A DNA stretch of 64,000 nt from Alphaproteobacteria bacterium. Its GTDB lineage: Bacteria > Pseudomonadota > Alphaproteobacteria > UBA7887. Under the pieces are notes generated by a model. The model did not search any database and was not told the DNA's origin. It saw nothing but the letters and a program-made list of their open reading frames with translations. Shown piece after piece: positions 19,141 through 28,538 of the stretch. Numbering within the stretch: position 1 is the first letter of the stretch; every line of letters starts with the position of its first letter. The translations under genes and the position numbers were made by a program. The DNA lies in assembly GCA_965216755.1 (NCBI GenBank), contig CBDCGL010000011.1, forward strand, positions 3,584,001-3,648,000. The letters run 5' to 3'.

Positions 19141-20565
19141 TCAGCCGCCGGTTTTCATGCGCTCAATACGCTCCGACAGGGCCCGATGTTCCTCGCTTTC
19201 CGGGGGCAGGCGCGCGAGCAGCCGTTGCCAATAGGCCAAACCGTCATCGGGTCGATCGTTTTGTAGAGCGGCCAAGCCCAGAAACCATAGCGCCGCCGGA
19301 TCTCCGCTATCGACAGCCAAGATTTTCTCAAATGTTGTCACGGCTTCGGCGGGGACCTGATGGTTCGGATCGACGCCCGCCATTTGGGTTTCGGCCAATC
19401 CGTTCAAACTCTCCAGATCCTCAGGCGCCAGCGCGACGGCTTTGGCGTAGGCCGCTTGCGCGGCCTCGGCGTCGCCGAGGACCTGTTTGGCGCGCCCCAA
19501 GCGCTTCCAACCGTCAACATCGTCAGGTGTTTCGGCGAGGCGCGACTCGAGACGGGCGACCATGCTGAGCACCATTTCTTGGCGTTCATCCGCCGTCATG
19601 TCTTCGGCCGCGGCGCGGTCGGCGGCGCTTGGTCCGCTTGTTTGCGGTGCCGGCGCCAGGGCGACTTCCGGCACCGGCACGCCGACCTGCTCGGCCAACG
19701 AAATCACTTGCTGGCGCAACGCATCAAGCCAGGGTTCACCCGGCGACGCGTCGTGAAGTATCGCCGTCCACATCTGCAGCGCCGTCGACTCATCACCGGC
19801 CTGGGCACGCCCTAGGCCGACATAATAACGGGCGATGACATTGTCCGGCGCACGCGCCAGCACGGCATCAAATTGGGCTTGCGCCGCCGGCGTCACTGCC
19901 CCCGCGGCGGCTTGAACGATGCTTTCGGCAAGCGCGACCGCGGCATCAAGATCGTCGGGATCCAACGCGTTTGCTTTGCGATAGGCGTCGATCGCTTCGT
20001 CGAAGCGGCCCATGACGGTAAGCGAACGGCCGAGCAGCTTCCAACCGGCCGGATCGTCGGGGTCGTCTTGCAAACGCGATCGTAGGCTGGCGATCGCTTG
20101 ATCCAGATCGACCGGCATACCGGCCACGTCGTTGGCCGGTTGGTCTCGGCTCGCCAGGGGTTGATCGGGCAGGCGCGGACTGCCCAATTGGCCATAAATC
20201 AGCGCGGCCATGCCGCAGACAAACAGCGCCACCCCCGTCTGGACACGCCAACGGCGCGCGCCGCCCGTGGTTTGCGCTGGTTGCCGATCGACGTCCGGCG
20301 CGGGGGCCGCGGTCGCCAGAATGCGGCGTTCGATTTCCAAACGCGCCGCGTCCGCTTCCGCCGCGCTGATCACGCCGCGTTGCTGCTCTGCGTCGAGTTC
20401 GCGCAATTGGTCGCGAAATACTTGGCGATCGAACGTGGCGCGATCTAACGTAGCGCGATCGACGGCCGCGCGATCGCCGCTCGGCCGACCCCGCCGCCAC
20501 AACGGCAGCAGCACCGCGGCGCTGGCTACCACGGCCAAAATCGCGAGCATCAGGGTGAGCACCAT
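19141..20565 (-). CDS. ccmI: Cytochrome c maturation protein CcmI (CycH), TPR-containing
   Basis: FRDQLRELD..RGVI...EAD.ARLEIERR, YGQLGSP.LPDQP, two TPR blocks; last gene of the ccm operon. Confidence 0.9.
   Translation of the reverse strand: MVLTLMLAILAVVASAAVLLPLWRRGRPSGDRAAVDRATLDRATFDRQVFRDQLRELDAEQQRGVISAAEADAARLEIERRILATAAPAPDVDRQPAQTTGGARRWRVQTGVALFVCGMAALIYGQLGSPRLPDQPLASRDQPANDVAGMPVDLDQAIASLRSRLQDDPDDPAGWKLLGRSLTVMGRFDEAIDAYRKANALDPDDLDAAVALAESIVQAAAGAVTPAAQAQFDAVLARAPDNVIARYYVGLGRAQAGDESTALQMWTAILHDASPGEPWLDALRQQVISLAEQVGVPVPEVALAPAPQTSGPSAADRAAAEDMTADERQEMVLSMVARLESRLAETPDDVDGWKRLGRAKQVLGDAEAAQAAYAKAVALAPEDLESLNGLAETQMAGVDPNHQVPAEAVTTFEKILAVDSGDPAALWFLGLAALQNDRPDDGLAYWQRLLARLPPESEEHRALSERIERMKTGG
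20425..20475. repeat. Degenerate 15-bp in-frame tandem repeat within ccmI
   Basis: GCGATC recurs at 20425, 20440, 20455 and 20470; encodes DRAAV-DRATL-DRATF-DR. Confidence 0.6.
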
Positions 20566-20585
20566 GTGCGGCGTTTCCGCGACGC

Positions 20586-21053
20586 TCAGCGGGCTGGTTC
20601 GTCGTCGAGCAAGGCGTTGAGGCGGGCACGCTCGTCCGCACTCAAGGCTTGCGCTGGCTGTGTTTGCTTGCGCAGGCGGCGCAAAAACACCCAGCCGCCG
20701 ATCAGAGCTAACAAGGCTAGGACGCCCGGGCCGAACCACAATACATAAGTGACCGGCTTGACCGGTGGTTTCAGCAACACGAAGTCCCCATAGCGGGCCA
20801 CCAAATAAGCGACAATTTCGTCGTCGCTGTCACCCGCAACCAGCCGTTCGCGCACGATGAGCCTGAGATCGCGCGCCAATTCCGCGTCGGAATCGAAGAT
20901 CGACTGGTTCTGGCAGACCAAACAACGGAATTCCTTGGACAAGGCGTGCGCCCGTTGCTCCAGTGCCGGATCGTCAAGCGGTACATCATTCTCAAACGCG
21001 GCCGCGTTCGACGCGAGCAACGCCAGCATCAACAGGGCAAAAAGGCTCTTCAC
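20586..21053 (-). CDS. ccmH: Cytochrome c maturation protein CcmH
   Basis: FRCLVCQNQSI.DSDA.LA.DLR, RYGDFVLLKPP. Confidence 0.95.
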   Translation of the reverse strand: MKSLFALLMLALLASNAAAFENDVPLDDPALEQRAHALSKEFRCLVCQNQSIFDSDAELARDLRLIVRERLVAGDSDDEIVAYLVARYGDFVLLKPPVKPVTYVLWFGPGVLALLALIGGWVFLRRLRKQTQPAQALSADERARLNALLDDEPAR

Positions 21054-21577
21054 GGCTCGGCCCCTTCGAGCATGGGATAAACGATCTTTTCCATATCGCG
21101 CGCCATCAATGGGCCGACATGCTTGTAACGGATCACGCCATTGCCATCGATGATGAAAGTCTCGGGGACACCATAAACGCCAAAATCGATGCCGACTCGG
21201 CCATCGACATCGGCGCCGATGGCCTCAAAAGGATCGCCGAGTTCGTCAAGCCACGCCAGCGCATCTTCGGGTTTGTCCTTGTAATTGATGCCGACCATGC
21301 GCGCCAAGTCGCGTTCCGCCAGTTCCATCAGAAAGGGATGTTCGGCGCGGCACGGTACGCACCATGACGCGAATACATTGAGGACCGTCACCGTGCCGGT
21401 CAAATCTTCGGATGACAGGCCGGGACCACCGCCGATTCCCGGCAAGTCGAATGTTGGCACGGGCCGTCCGGCCAGCGCGTTCGGCACTTCGGAAGGGTCA
21501 AGAAACAGGCCCTTATAGAAAAATGCTGCCAGCGCCACGAACGCGACCACGGGCAGGGCGTAGAGAAATCGGCGCAT
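21050..21577 (-). CDS. ccmG: Thiol:disulfide interchange protein CcmG/DsbE
   Basis: FASWCVPCRAEHP, GVYGVPETF. Confidence 0.95.
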   Translation of the reverse strand: MRRFLYALPVVAFVALAAFFYKGLFLDPSEVPNALAGRPVPTFDLPGIGGGPGLSSEDLTGTVTVLNVFASWCVPCRAEHPFLMELAERDLARMVGINYKDKPEDALAWLDELGDPFEAIGADVDGRVGIDFGVYGVPETFIIDGNGVIRYKHVGPLMARDMEKIVYPMLEGAEP

Positions 21578-21586
21578 GCGCTTGCT

Positions 21587-23575
21587 CTAGGACGCCGCCG
21601 ATGCGGCAGCAGGTTGGGCAGGTCGGCGACGCGCTGGCGCGCCAACGCGGTAGCGGCGGTCGCTTAGCGAAACCAAGCCGCCGAAGGCCATGACCACCGC
21701 GCCGACCCAGATCCACGGCACCAACGGATTGTGATAGATGCGCATACTCCAACCGCCGCGCGTGTCCGCGTCGCCCAGCACCACATAAAGGTCGGCGAAC
21801 CAGGTGGTATGAATGGCGGCTTCGGTCGTCGGACGCCCCTGAACCGGATAAAAGCGCTTCTCCGGCCACACGGTCACAAAGGGCGCGCCCCTGCGCAGAA
21901 CGGTCACTTCGCCGCGATCAATCGTGTAGTTGGGACCGGTCGCCTTTTCGACTCGCTCAAGGCGGAAATCATAGCCGCCGACCGTGACGGTCTCACCCGG
22001 CCGCACGACCTGCAGGAACTCGTCTTGCCAGGCTGATGAGGCGGTCACACCGGCCACCATCAAGGCGACGCCCAAATGCGCCAGACTCATGCCATAGGCG
22101 GCGCGTGGCAAGCCGGCCAGCCGTCGCAGGCTATCACCGAGACCGACCCGGAACAGGCGGATGCGCGCCGCGAGTTCAACAAACACCGCCGCTGCCAACC
22201 ATGCCGCCAGGGCGATACCAATCGCGGCCAGCATGGCCTTACCCCAATAGACAAACAGCGCCGCCAGCGCGGCCAGCAACGCCGCGGCGAACGCCACCCA
22301 GAGCCGGCCGAGCACGCCAGGCATGTCGGCGCGCTTCCACGACATCAGCGGCGTGATCCCGGCCAGTATGATCAATGGCACGATCAACGGTACGAACACC
22401 GCGTTGAAATAGGGTGGCCCGACCGACACCTTGCCGGCACCCAGCGCGTCCATAAACAGCGGGTACAGGGTGCCCAAAAGCACTGTCGCGGCGGCGACGG
22501 TGAACAACAGATTGTTGAGCACCAGACTGCCCTCGCGCGACACGGGTGCAAACAGCCCGCCGGCTTTGAGCCGTGGCGCCCGGGCGGCGTACAACATCAA
22601 GGATCCGCCGACAACCACCACCAGGAACATCAGAATGAACACGCCCCGCGCCGGATCGGTGGCGAACGCGTGAACCGAGGTGAGGACCCCGGAGCGAACC
22701 AGAAAGGTGCCAAGCAAACTAAAGGAAAATGTGATGATGGCCAGCAAGATAGTCCACGATTTGAGCGCATCACGTTTTTCGCAAACGACGGCAGAGTGCA
22801 ACAGCGCGGTTCCCACCAGCCAGGGCATGAACGAGGCATTCTCGACCGGGTCCCAAAACCACCAGCCGCCCCATCCCAGTTCGTAATAGGCCCACCAGCT
22901 GCCGAGGGCGATGCCGACGGTCAGGAAACTCCATGCCGCCAACGCCCAAGGGCGCACCCAACGTGCCCAGGCGGCGTCGACACGGCCTTCGATCAAGGCG
23001 GCGATGGCAAAGGCGAACGTCACCGAAAAGCCGACATAGCCGAGATAGAGAAACGGTGGATGAAACGCGAGGCCGGGATCTTGCAACAGCGGGTTGAGAT
23101 CTTGACCATCAAACGGTGCCGGCGCCAAGCGCGCGAACGGGTTCGAAGTGAACAGCGTGAACGTCAAGAAGCCGACACCGATGGCCGCCTGCACCGCCAG
23201 CACACGGGCTTGCAAACCAGCCGGCAAGTGGCGCCCAAACAGGGCCACCGCCGCGCCGAATGTCGCCAAGATTAGCACCCAAAGCAGCAGAGACCCTTCA
23301 TGGTTGCCCCACACGCCGGTGATTTTGTACAGCATGGGTTTGGCTGAATGGGAATTGTTGGCGACGTTGGCGAGCGAAAAATCCGACGTGACATAAGCGT
23401 TGGTCAGCGCCAGGAACGAAATCGTCACGCATGCCCATTGCACCAGGGCCGCTGACTTGCCAACCGCCATCCACGCGGCATCGCCGCGCGCCGCGCCGAC
23501 CATCGGCACGGTCGCCTGAACCAAGGCGATTGCGAGCGCCAAAATCAGCGCAAAATGTCCAATCTCAACAATCAT
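21587..23575 (-). CDS. ccmF: Heme lyase CcmF
   Basis: WGNHEGS, LNPLLQD, HPPFLYLGY, WAYYELGWGGWWFWDPVENAS, SVHAFA. Confidence 0.97.
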   Translation of the reverse strand: MIVEIGHFALILALAIALVQATVPMVGAARGDAAWMAVGKSAALVQWACVTISFLALTNAYVTSDFSLANVANNSHSAKPMLYKITGVWGNHEGSLLLWVLILATFGAAVALFGRHLPAGLQARVLAVQAAIGVGFLTFTLFTSNPFARLAPAPFDGQDLNPLLQDPGLAFHPPFLYLGYVGFSVTFAFAIAALIEGRVDAAWARWVRPWALAAWSFLTVGIALGSWWAYYELGWGGWWFWDPVENASFMPWLVGTALLHSAVVCEKRDALKSWTILLAIITFSFSLLGTFLVRSGVLTSVHAFATDPARGVFILMFLVVVVGGSLMLYAARAPRLKAGGLFAPVSREGSLVLNNLLFTVAAATVLLGTLYPLFMDALGAGKVSVGPPYFNAVFVPLIVPLIILAGITPLMSWKRADMPGVLGRLWVAFAAALLAALAALFVYWGKAMLAAIGIALAAWLAAAVFVELAARIRLFRVGLGDSLRRLAGLPRAAYGMSLAHLGVALMVAGVTASSAWQDEFLQVVRPGETVTVGGYDFRLERVEKATGPNYTIDRGEVTVLRRGAPFVTVWPEKRFYPVQGRPTTEAAIHTTWFADLYVVLGDADTRGGWSMRIYHNPLVPWIWVGAVVMAFGGLVSLSDRRYRVGAPARRRPAQPAAASAAS

Positions 23576-24024
23576 TCGGCATCACCGTCGCTACCCCGCC
23601 AATGTTCGGCATCTTTAATCGCGTCGGCGACCTCCGGCGGCATGTAGTTCTCATCGTGTTTGGCGAGCACGTTGGCGGCTTCAAATTTGCCGTCCGTGGT
23701 CATGGCGCCCTCGACGACCACGCCCTGGCCTTCACGAAACAGGTCGGGTAGCACGCCCGCGTACGACACCTCCACAGTCGATGCCGTGTCGGTGACCTGA
23801 AACAGCACGGTGACGCCATCGTCGAGGCGCCGCACGCTGTTTTCGGCGACCAAGCCGCCAACCCGGACCCGCTGGCCGGGCGCCGGCGCGTCGGCCGCCA
23901 AGTCGGATGGACTGAAGAAAAATACCAGATTGTCCTCGAACGCGTTGAGCACCAGCGCGGCCGCGATAGCCAATGTGGCCATGCCGAGCACGATCACATA
24001 AAGGCGGCGTTTTTTGCGGGTCAT
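23572..24024 (-). CDS. ccmE: Heme chaperone CcmE
   Basis: LPDLFREGQGVV, VLAKHDENYMPPEV. Confidence 0.97.
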   Translation of the reverse strand: MTRKKRRLYVIVLGMATLAIAAALVLNAFEDNLVFFFSPSDLAADAPAPGQRVRVGGLVAENSVRRLDDGVTVLFQVTDTASTVEVSYAGVLPDLFREGQGVVVEGAMTTDGKFEAANVLAKHDENYMPPEVADAIKDAEHWRGSDGDAE

Positions 24025-24203
24025 TTATGGCCTTTCTCGGCGGCGTCGGCCGCTTCGATGGCGCGTAGTTCGGCCGTACGGCGACGATAGCCACGCACCG
24101 CCGCGGCGGCCAAGCCGATCAACACGATTGCGGCCACCGCGTAGGCCGGCCAAACAAAGCCGCCATAGCCGCCCATCTCCAGAAACCGATCAATGCCGGA
24201 CAT
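24021..24203 (-). CDS. ccmD: Heme exporter protein CcmD
   Basis: MGGYGGFVWPAY, single TM followed by a basic tail; between ccmC and ccmE. Confidence 0.9.
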   Translation of the reverse strand: MSGIDRFLEMGGYGGFVWPAYAVAAIVLIGLAAAAVRGYRRRTAELRAIEAADAAEKGHK

Positions 24204-24251
24204 CGCTTACCGTCGGCGTAAATCACATGTGCCCGTCATATGGGGAGCCCG

Positions 24252-25022
24252 CTAGGCACCATCCAGCGCCATGCCGTCGCGCCCCACCGCGCTGCCTTGG
24301 ATACGCGCCAATTGCCGGGTTCGCAGCTTGGCGCCGACAATATCGCCGCGCATGCGCACCAACAAGACCGTCACGAAATAGGCATTAAAGGCAACTGCCA
24401 TAATCAACAGCGGCCACAACATCGAAGGATCGATCGACGGCGCTGCCAGCTTGGTGACACTGGCCGGTTGATGCAACGTGTTCCACCAATCGACCGAGAA
24501 TTTGATAATCGGCACATTGACGAAGCCGACCAGCGCCAGGATCGCCGCGGCACGTGCCCCCTTGCTGCGATCATCGAAGGCGTCAAACAGCGCCATGTGG
24601 CCGATATACAGAAAAAACAAAATCAAAACAGAGGTCAGGCGTGCATCCCACACCCACCAGGTGCCCCACATCGGCTTACCCCACAAAGATCCGGTGACCA
24701 AGGCAATGAATGTGAAGCCGGCACCCAGGGGCGACGCCGCGCGCGCGGCGACATCGGCCAGCGGATGCCGCCAGATCAGCGCGACGGCGCTGGCCAAGGC
24801 GATAAAGCTGTAGGTGAACAGCGCCATCCACGCCGCCGGCACGTGGATATACATGATGCGCACGGTGTCGCCTTGCTGATAGTCCGCCGGCGAGGCGAAC
24901 AGAGCCAGATAAAGCCCGACAACAAACGTGACGACTGTTACCGCCAGCACCCAAGGCAGGATCGCCGCGGACAAGCGCATAAACCGCGCCGGATTCGCGA
25001 ATTTGTGCAATCGAGAGGCCAT
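24252..25022 (-). CDS. ccmC: Heme exporter protein CcmC
   Basis: IMYIHVP, WWD motif WGKPMWGTWWVWDARLTS, WWNTLHQ. Confidence 0.97.
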   Translation of the reverse strand: MASRLHKFANPARFMRLSAAILPWVLAVTVVTFVVGLYLALFASPADYQQGDTVRIMYIHVPAAWMALFTYSFIALASAVALIWRHPLADVAARAASPLGAGFTFIALVTGSLWGKPMWGTWWVWDARLTSVLILFFLYIGHMALFDAFDDRSKGARAAAILALVGFVNVPIIKFSVDWWNTLHQPASVTKLAAPSIDPSMLWPLLIMAVAFNAYFVTVLLVRMRGDIVGAKLRTRQLARIQGSAVGRDGMALDGA

Positions 25023-25039
25023 AATGGCGTGACCTAAAC

Positions 25040-25717
25040 CTATTCCAGCGCCAGGCGCAAGCCGGCCGCCGCCGCCCAGGGCGATAAAACCATGCTGCCC
25101 AGCAGCAGACCGCCCAAAATCATCAAATGTGGCCGGGCTGGTTGGCCGGTCACCGCCGCCTCGATCGCGCTGACGCCAAAAATCAAGACTGGGATCACCA
25201 GCGGGATTACCAAAATCGACAGCAGCACGCCGGCGCGCCGGGCGCCAACCGTTAAGGCCGCGCCGATGGCACCGATCAAACTGAGGATGGGCGTTCCCAA
25301 CGTTAAGGACAGGATCAACACAAAAAAGCCGTCCGTTGGCAGATTCATCAAAAGCGCCAGGACAGGTGCCGCAATGATCAACGGCACGCCAGTGGTCAGC
25401 CAGTGGGCCAAGGTTTTTGCCAGCACGACGAGCTCCAATGGCGCCGGCGTCAGGGCCAACAGATCAAAACTGCCGTCGTTCACGTCATCTTGAAATAACC
25501 GATCGAAAGACAGCATCGCCGCCAACAAGGCCGCCACCCACAAGGTGCCGCCGCTAATCCGCGCCAAGATCGAAAGTTCGGGCCCGACGCCGAGTGGAAA
25601 CAAGGCGATGGCGATGACAAAAAACAGCACCACGCCGACTGTGTCATGGATCCGGCTCAGCGCCAGTTGCACGTCGCGACGGACAATATGACCGGCAATT
25701 GCCAACATGATGGTCAC
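25040..25717 (-). CDS. ccmB: Heme exporter protein CcmB
   Basis: LFPLGVGPE, LFQDDVNDGSFD, IPLVIPVLIFG. Confidence 0.95.
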   Translation of the reverse strand: MTIMLAIAGHIVRRDVQLALSRIHDTVGVVLFFVIAIALFPLGVGPELSILARISGGTLWVAALLAAMLSFDRLFQDDVNDGSFDLLALTPAPLELVVLAKTLAHWLTTGVPLIIAAPVLALLMNLPTDGFFVLILSLTLGTPILSLIGAIGAALTVGARRAGVLLSILVIPLVIPVLIFGVSAIEAAVTGQPARPHLMILGGLLLGSMVLSPWAAAAGLRLALE

Positions 25718-26370
25718 GCCGCCCCTGTGGCGCCGAGTTCGAGTTGGCGCGCGCGGTCGAGGGTGAAGCCGCCGTGACTGGAGGCGACGACGATGCCGCC
25801 AGCCGCGCGATGGCGCGCGACCATGGCTTCGAAGCGACCGGTTGAGTCGCGATCAAGGGCGACCGTTGGCTCGTCGAGCAGCCACAGGCCGCCCTGCTCG
25901 GCCAGGGCCAATCGCGCCAGGCCCAAGCGGCGCCGCTGGCCGGCAGAAAGCAGGCGCGCCGAAAACGTGGCCAGCGAATCAAGACCGACCGCCGCCAGCG
26001 CCGAGTTGACACGCGCGGTGATCGATGTGGCGCTCGGTCGCAGCCGCGCCCAAAATGCCAGATTGTCGGCGACCGATAGGGTTGGTTTGATTGCGTCCAG
26101 ATGACCGGCAAATGTGAGCGCGGCGTGATAAGCCTCTGCGTCGTCGCCAATCGGCTGGCCACGCCATAATACGGCACCGGCGGTGGGCGCGATCAATCCG
26201 GCGATTAAACGCAGCAAGGTGGTTTTGCCGCTGCCATTCGGCCCCAGCAAGAGCAAGGCGCCGCCGGCGTCGACGGAAAAGGACACATCGGCAAAAACGA
26301 ACCGGTCGCCGCGCACGCACGCCAGGTCTTGCCCGACCAAGCGGGCGCCATCAGGTGCGGTGGCCTTCAT
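25714..26370 (-). CDS. ccmA: Heme ABC exporter ATPase CcmA
   Basis: LACVRGDR, GPNGSGKTT, GHLDAIK, LSAGQRRR, WLLDEP. Confidence 0.95.
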   Translation of the reverse strand: MKATAPDGARLVGQDLACVRGDRFVFADVSFSVDAGGALLLLGPNGSGKTTLLRLIAGLIAPTAGAVLWRGQPIGDDAEAYHAALTFAGHLDAIKPTLSVADNLAFWARLRPSATSITARVNSALAAVGLDSLATFSARLLSAGQRRRLGLARLALAEQGGLWLLDEPTVALDRDSTGRFEAMVARHRAAGGIVVASSHGGFTLDRARQLELGATGAA

Positions 26371-26417
26371 GCCGTGTTATTGACCGTCGGGTATCGAGCC
26401 ATGGCGGAGGGATAGAG

Positions 26418-26624
26418 ATGAACGACGAAACCTTCAACATGAGTGTGCGCAAGTTTCTCAAAACCGTCGGTGTCACCGCCCAACGCGAGATCGAACGCGC
26501 GGTATTGGACGCCATCAAGTCCGGTCGTCTGGCGGGGTCTGAGACCATGCAGGCGGAAGCCAAGATCGTGTTGCCCGGCGCCGGCTTGGAAGTGGTCGTC
26601 GAAGGCAAGATCGCCCTTGAATAG
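26418..26624 (+). CDS. Small conserved hypothetical protein (DUF6494-like)
   Basis: MNDETFNMSVRKFLKTVGVTAQREIE; GGAGG RBS upstream of ATG 26418. Confidence 0.75.
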   Translation: MNDETFNMSVRKFLKTVGVTAQREIERAVLDAIKSGRLAGSETMQAEAKIVLPGAGLEVVVEGKIALE

Positions 26625-26643
26625 CTCTTCGACGCGGCAGAAC

Positions 26644-27414
26644 CTAGCCTTCGCGCAGTGCGTCGATGCCGGCGCGAAGGCCTTCCATCAGCAGCCAAAT
26701 GTCGCCCGAATAGGCAATCGCGTTGGCGCCCTTGGCCATCCAATCGCGGCCCCATTCTACGGTCGGCGCCAAGACGCCCATGGCTTTGCCGTGTTGCTTG
26801 CAGGCAGCGAATACGCGTTCAACGGCGGCGATGAAATCCGGGTTGGTGAACTCGCCGGGAATGCCCATGGTCAACGACAGGTCGAAATGGCCGATCCAGG
26901 CGGCATCGACGCCGTCGACCGCCATGATCGCGTCAACGTTCTCAATGCCGCGTACGGTTTCGATCAGGGCAATGTTCATGGTGCGCGCGTCGGCCGCCGC
27001 CATCTTCGGCGGTACCGGGCTCATGTCATAATCATCGTGGGCGCCGCTGAACATGGCGCCACGCACGCCGGTGGGAGGATAGCGCGTCCACGATACGATT
27101 TCTTCGGCCTCTTCGGGCGTTTCGAGCATCTGATACATCAAACCCATCACGCCGAGATCAAGCAGCCGCGCGACGATGTGATATTGCTTTCCCGGCGGCC
27201 GCACCATGGGCACGATATCGAGACCACGGCAAAGGGCCGCCTGCTGTTTGATATCGGCCGTCGACAGGCCGCTGTGCTCCATGTCGTAGAGCACGAATTC
27301 GGCGCCAGCGTTTTTCAGAATGGCCGGCAGACCCGGGCTGACACATTCGAATATCATGGTGCCGAACGCGTTCTCGCCCCGCAGCAGTTTGTCTTTGACC
27401 GGATTTGGACGCAT
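26644..27414 (-). CDS. HpcH/HpaI-family class II aldolase
   Basis: DMEHS, RLLDLG, RYPPTGVRG, IETVRGIENVDAI, WIGHFDLS. Confidence 0.9.
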   Translation of the reverse strand: MRPNPVKDKLLRGENAFGTMIFECVSPGLPAILKNAGAEFVLYDMEHSGLSTADIKQQAALCRGLDIVPMVRPPGKQYHIVARLLDLGVMGLMYQMLETPEEAEEIVSWTRYPPTGVRGAMFSGAHDDYDMSPVPPKMAAADARTMNIALIETVRGIENVDAIMAVDGVDAAWIGHFDLSLTMGIPGEFTNPDFIAAVERVFAACKQHGKAMGVLAPTVEWGRDWMAKGANAIAYSGDIWLLMEGLRAGIDALREG

Positions 27415-27526
27415 CGTTGCCTCCCATTTTGCCCGTGCCGACCCAGTTTAGTTGACCCGATCGGCGTTGGCACGCTTGCATCTGAAGGGCAAGATCGCAA
27501 GAATCCGTGGCGGGGAGACGATTACC

Positions 27527-28537
27527 ATGCTCATTCGGGTGAATTACGGTCGCAGGCAACGTTTCCGCGCCCGCACGCGTGATCTGACCCTGCAGGGTCG
27601 TGTGAGCGATGCGGTCATGCCGTTGCGCCGCGCCGCGTGGCAGCTCAATGACGCGGCGCCGACGACGTTCTATGTTGAACCGATCGCCGATCCCGGCATT
27701 GATTGGGTCACCCAATACAAGGACTCGCCGGCCGAATTACGGTGTCGCGATCTCGGCGACTTCACCATTGAAATTCCCATTGACCATCCGGCCCTGAGGA
27801 CGCGCGACAATCGCCTGAACATAGATCTGACCGATGCCGAGGGCGCCAATATTGTTGAGTCGGTTCAGTTCGATTTCGATCCGACTCCTGTGCCCCTGCC
27901 GCTTGATCTGACCGATCTAAGTACGGTCTACGATATTCAAGAGATTGGCCAAACCGTGGTCGGTGCCTTCGATGTTGATCGTGCGCAAAACGTCATTCGG
28001 TCGCGGGCGCCGGTGTACCCGGACTCGCTTTTGGTGTTGGGCGCGCCGCACGCCGATCAGGAGGCGACATACAATGTGCGGTTTTTGGATTTCCGTGGCG
28101 TTAAATGGCTCGGCCCAAGTGATTTCTACGTCGGTTTTGAGGACAAGTCACCGCCGATCGGCATCAAGACAGGGTGGTCAAGCGCCGGCATGATGGCACT
28201 CAATCCGGCCGGTGAAGCGCGTTGCTTTATCGCGTGGGGGGATCATTCGGAAACCGACCGTGAATGGGTGGTGGTCACCGACCCGCCCGAGCCGATCAGG
28301 CTCGCCAAAGATGTGTTGTATGCGGTGCGCCACCAAGTCACATTCCGCGACGGCGTCAATCGCTGCCGATTTCGCATTTGGCCCGCTGCTGGGGCTGAGC
28401 CGTCGACATGGTTGTGCACCGAAACCGATGCCGCCGTTGACCGTGCTTTGGTCCATCATTGTCGCGCCTCTTTCGGGTTGTTTCAGCATTCCGGCATGCC
28501 AATCGAGTGGTCCCATATTCGGGTGGAGGCACTGTGA
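27527..28537 (+). CDS. Hypothetical protein, predicted beta-rich, no signal peptide
   Basis: GGGGAG RBS before ATG 27527; long ORF ending 1 nt before the next start; family not recognised. Confidence 0.7.
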   Translation: MLIRVNYGRRQRFRARTRDLTLQGRVSDAVMPLRRAAWQLNDAAPTTFYVEPIADPGIDWVTQYKDSPAELRCRDLGDFTIEIPIDHPALRTRDNRLNIDLTDAEGANIVESVQFDFDPTPVPLPLDLTDLSTVYDIQEIGQTVVGAFDVDRAQNVIRSRAPVYPDSLLVLGAPHADQEATYNVRFLDFRGVKWLGPSDFYVGFEDKSPPIGIKTGWSSAGMMALNPAGEARCFIAWGDHSETDREWVVVTDPPEPIRLAKDVLYAVRHQVTFRDGVNRCRFRIWPAAGAEPSTWLCTETDAAVDRALVHHCRASFGLFQHSGMPIEWSHIRVEAL

Positions 28538-28538
28538 G

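Noticed and set aside
22076-23275. 399-aa antisense ORF (likewise 6918-8015, 13567-14625, 26443-27582, 36354-37448)
   Set aside because: Antisense shadows of well-supported genes, caused by GC-rich codon bias.
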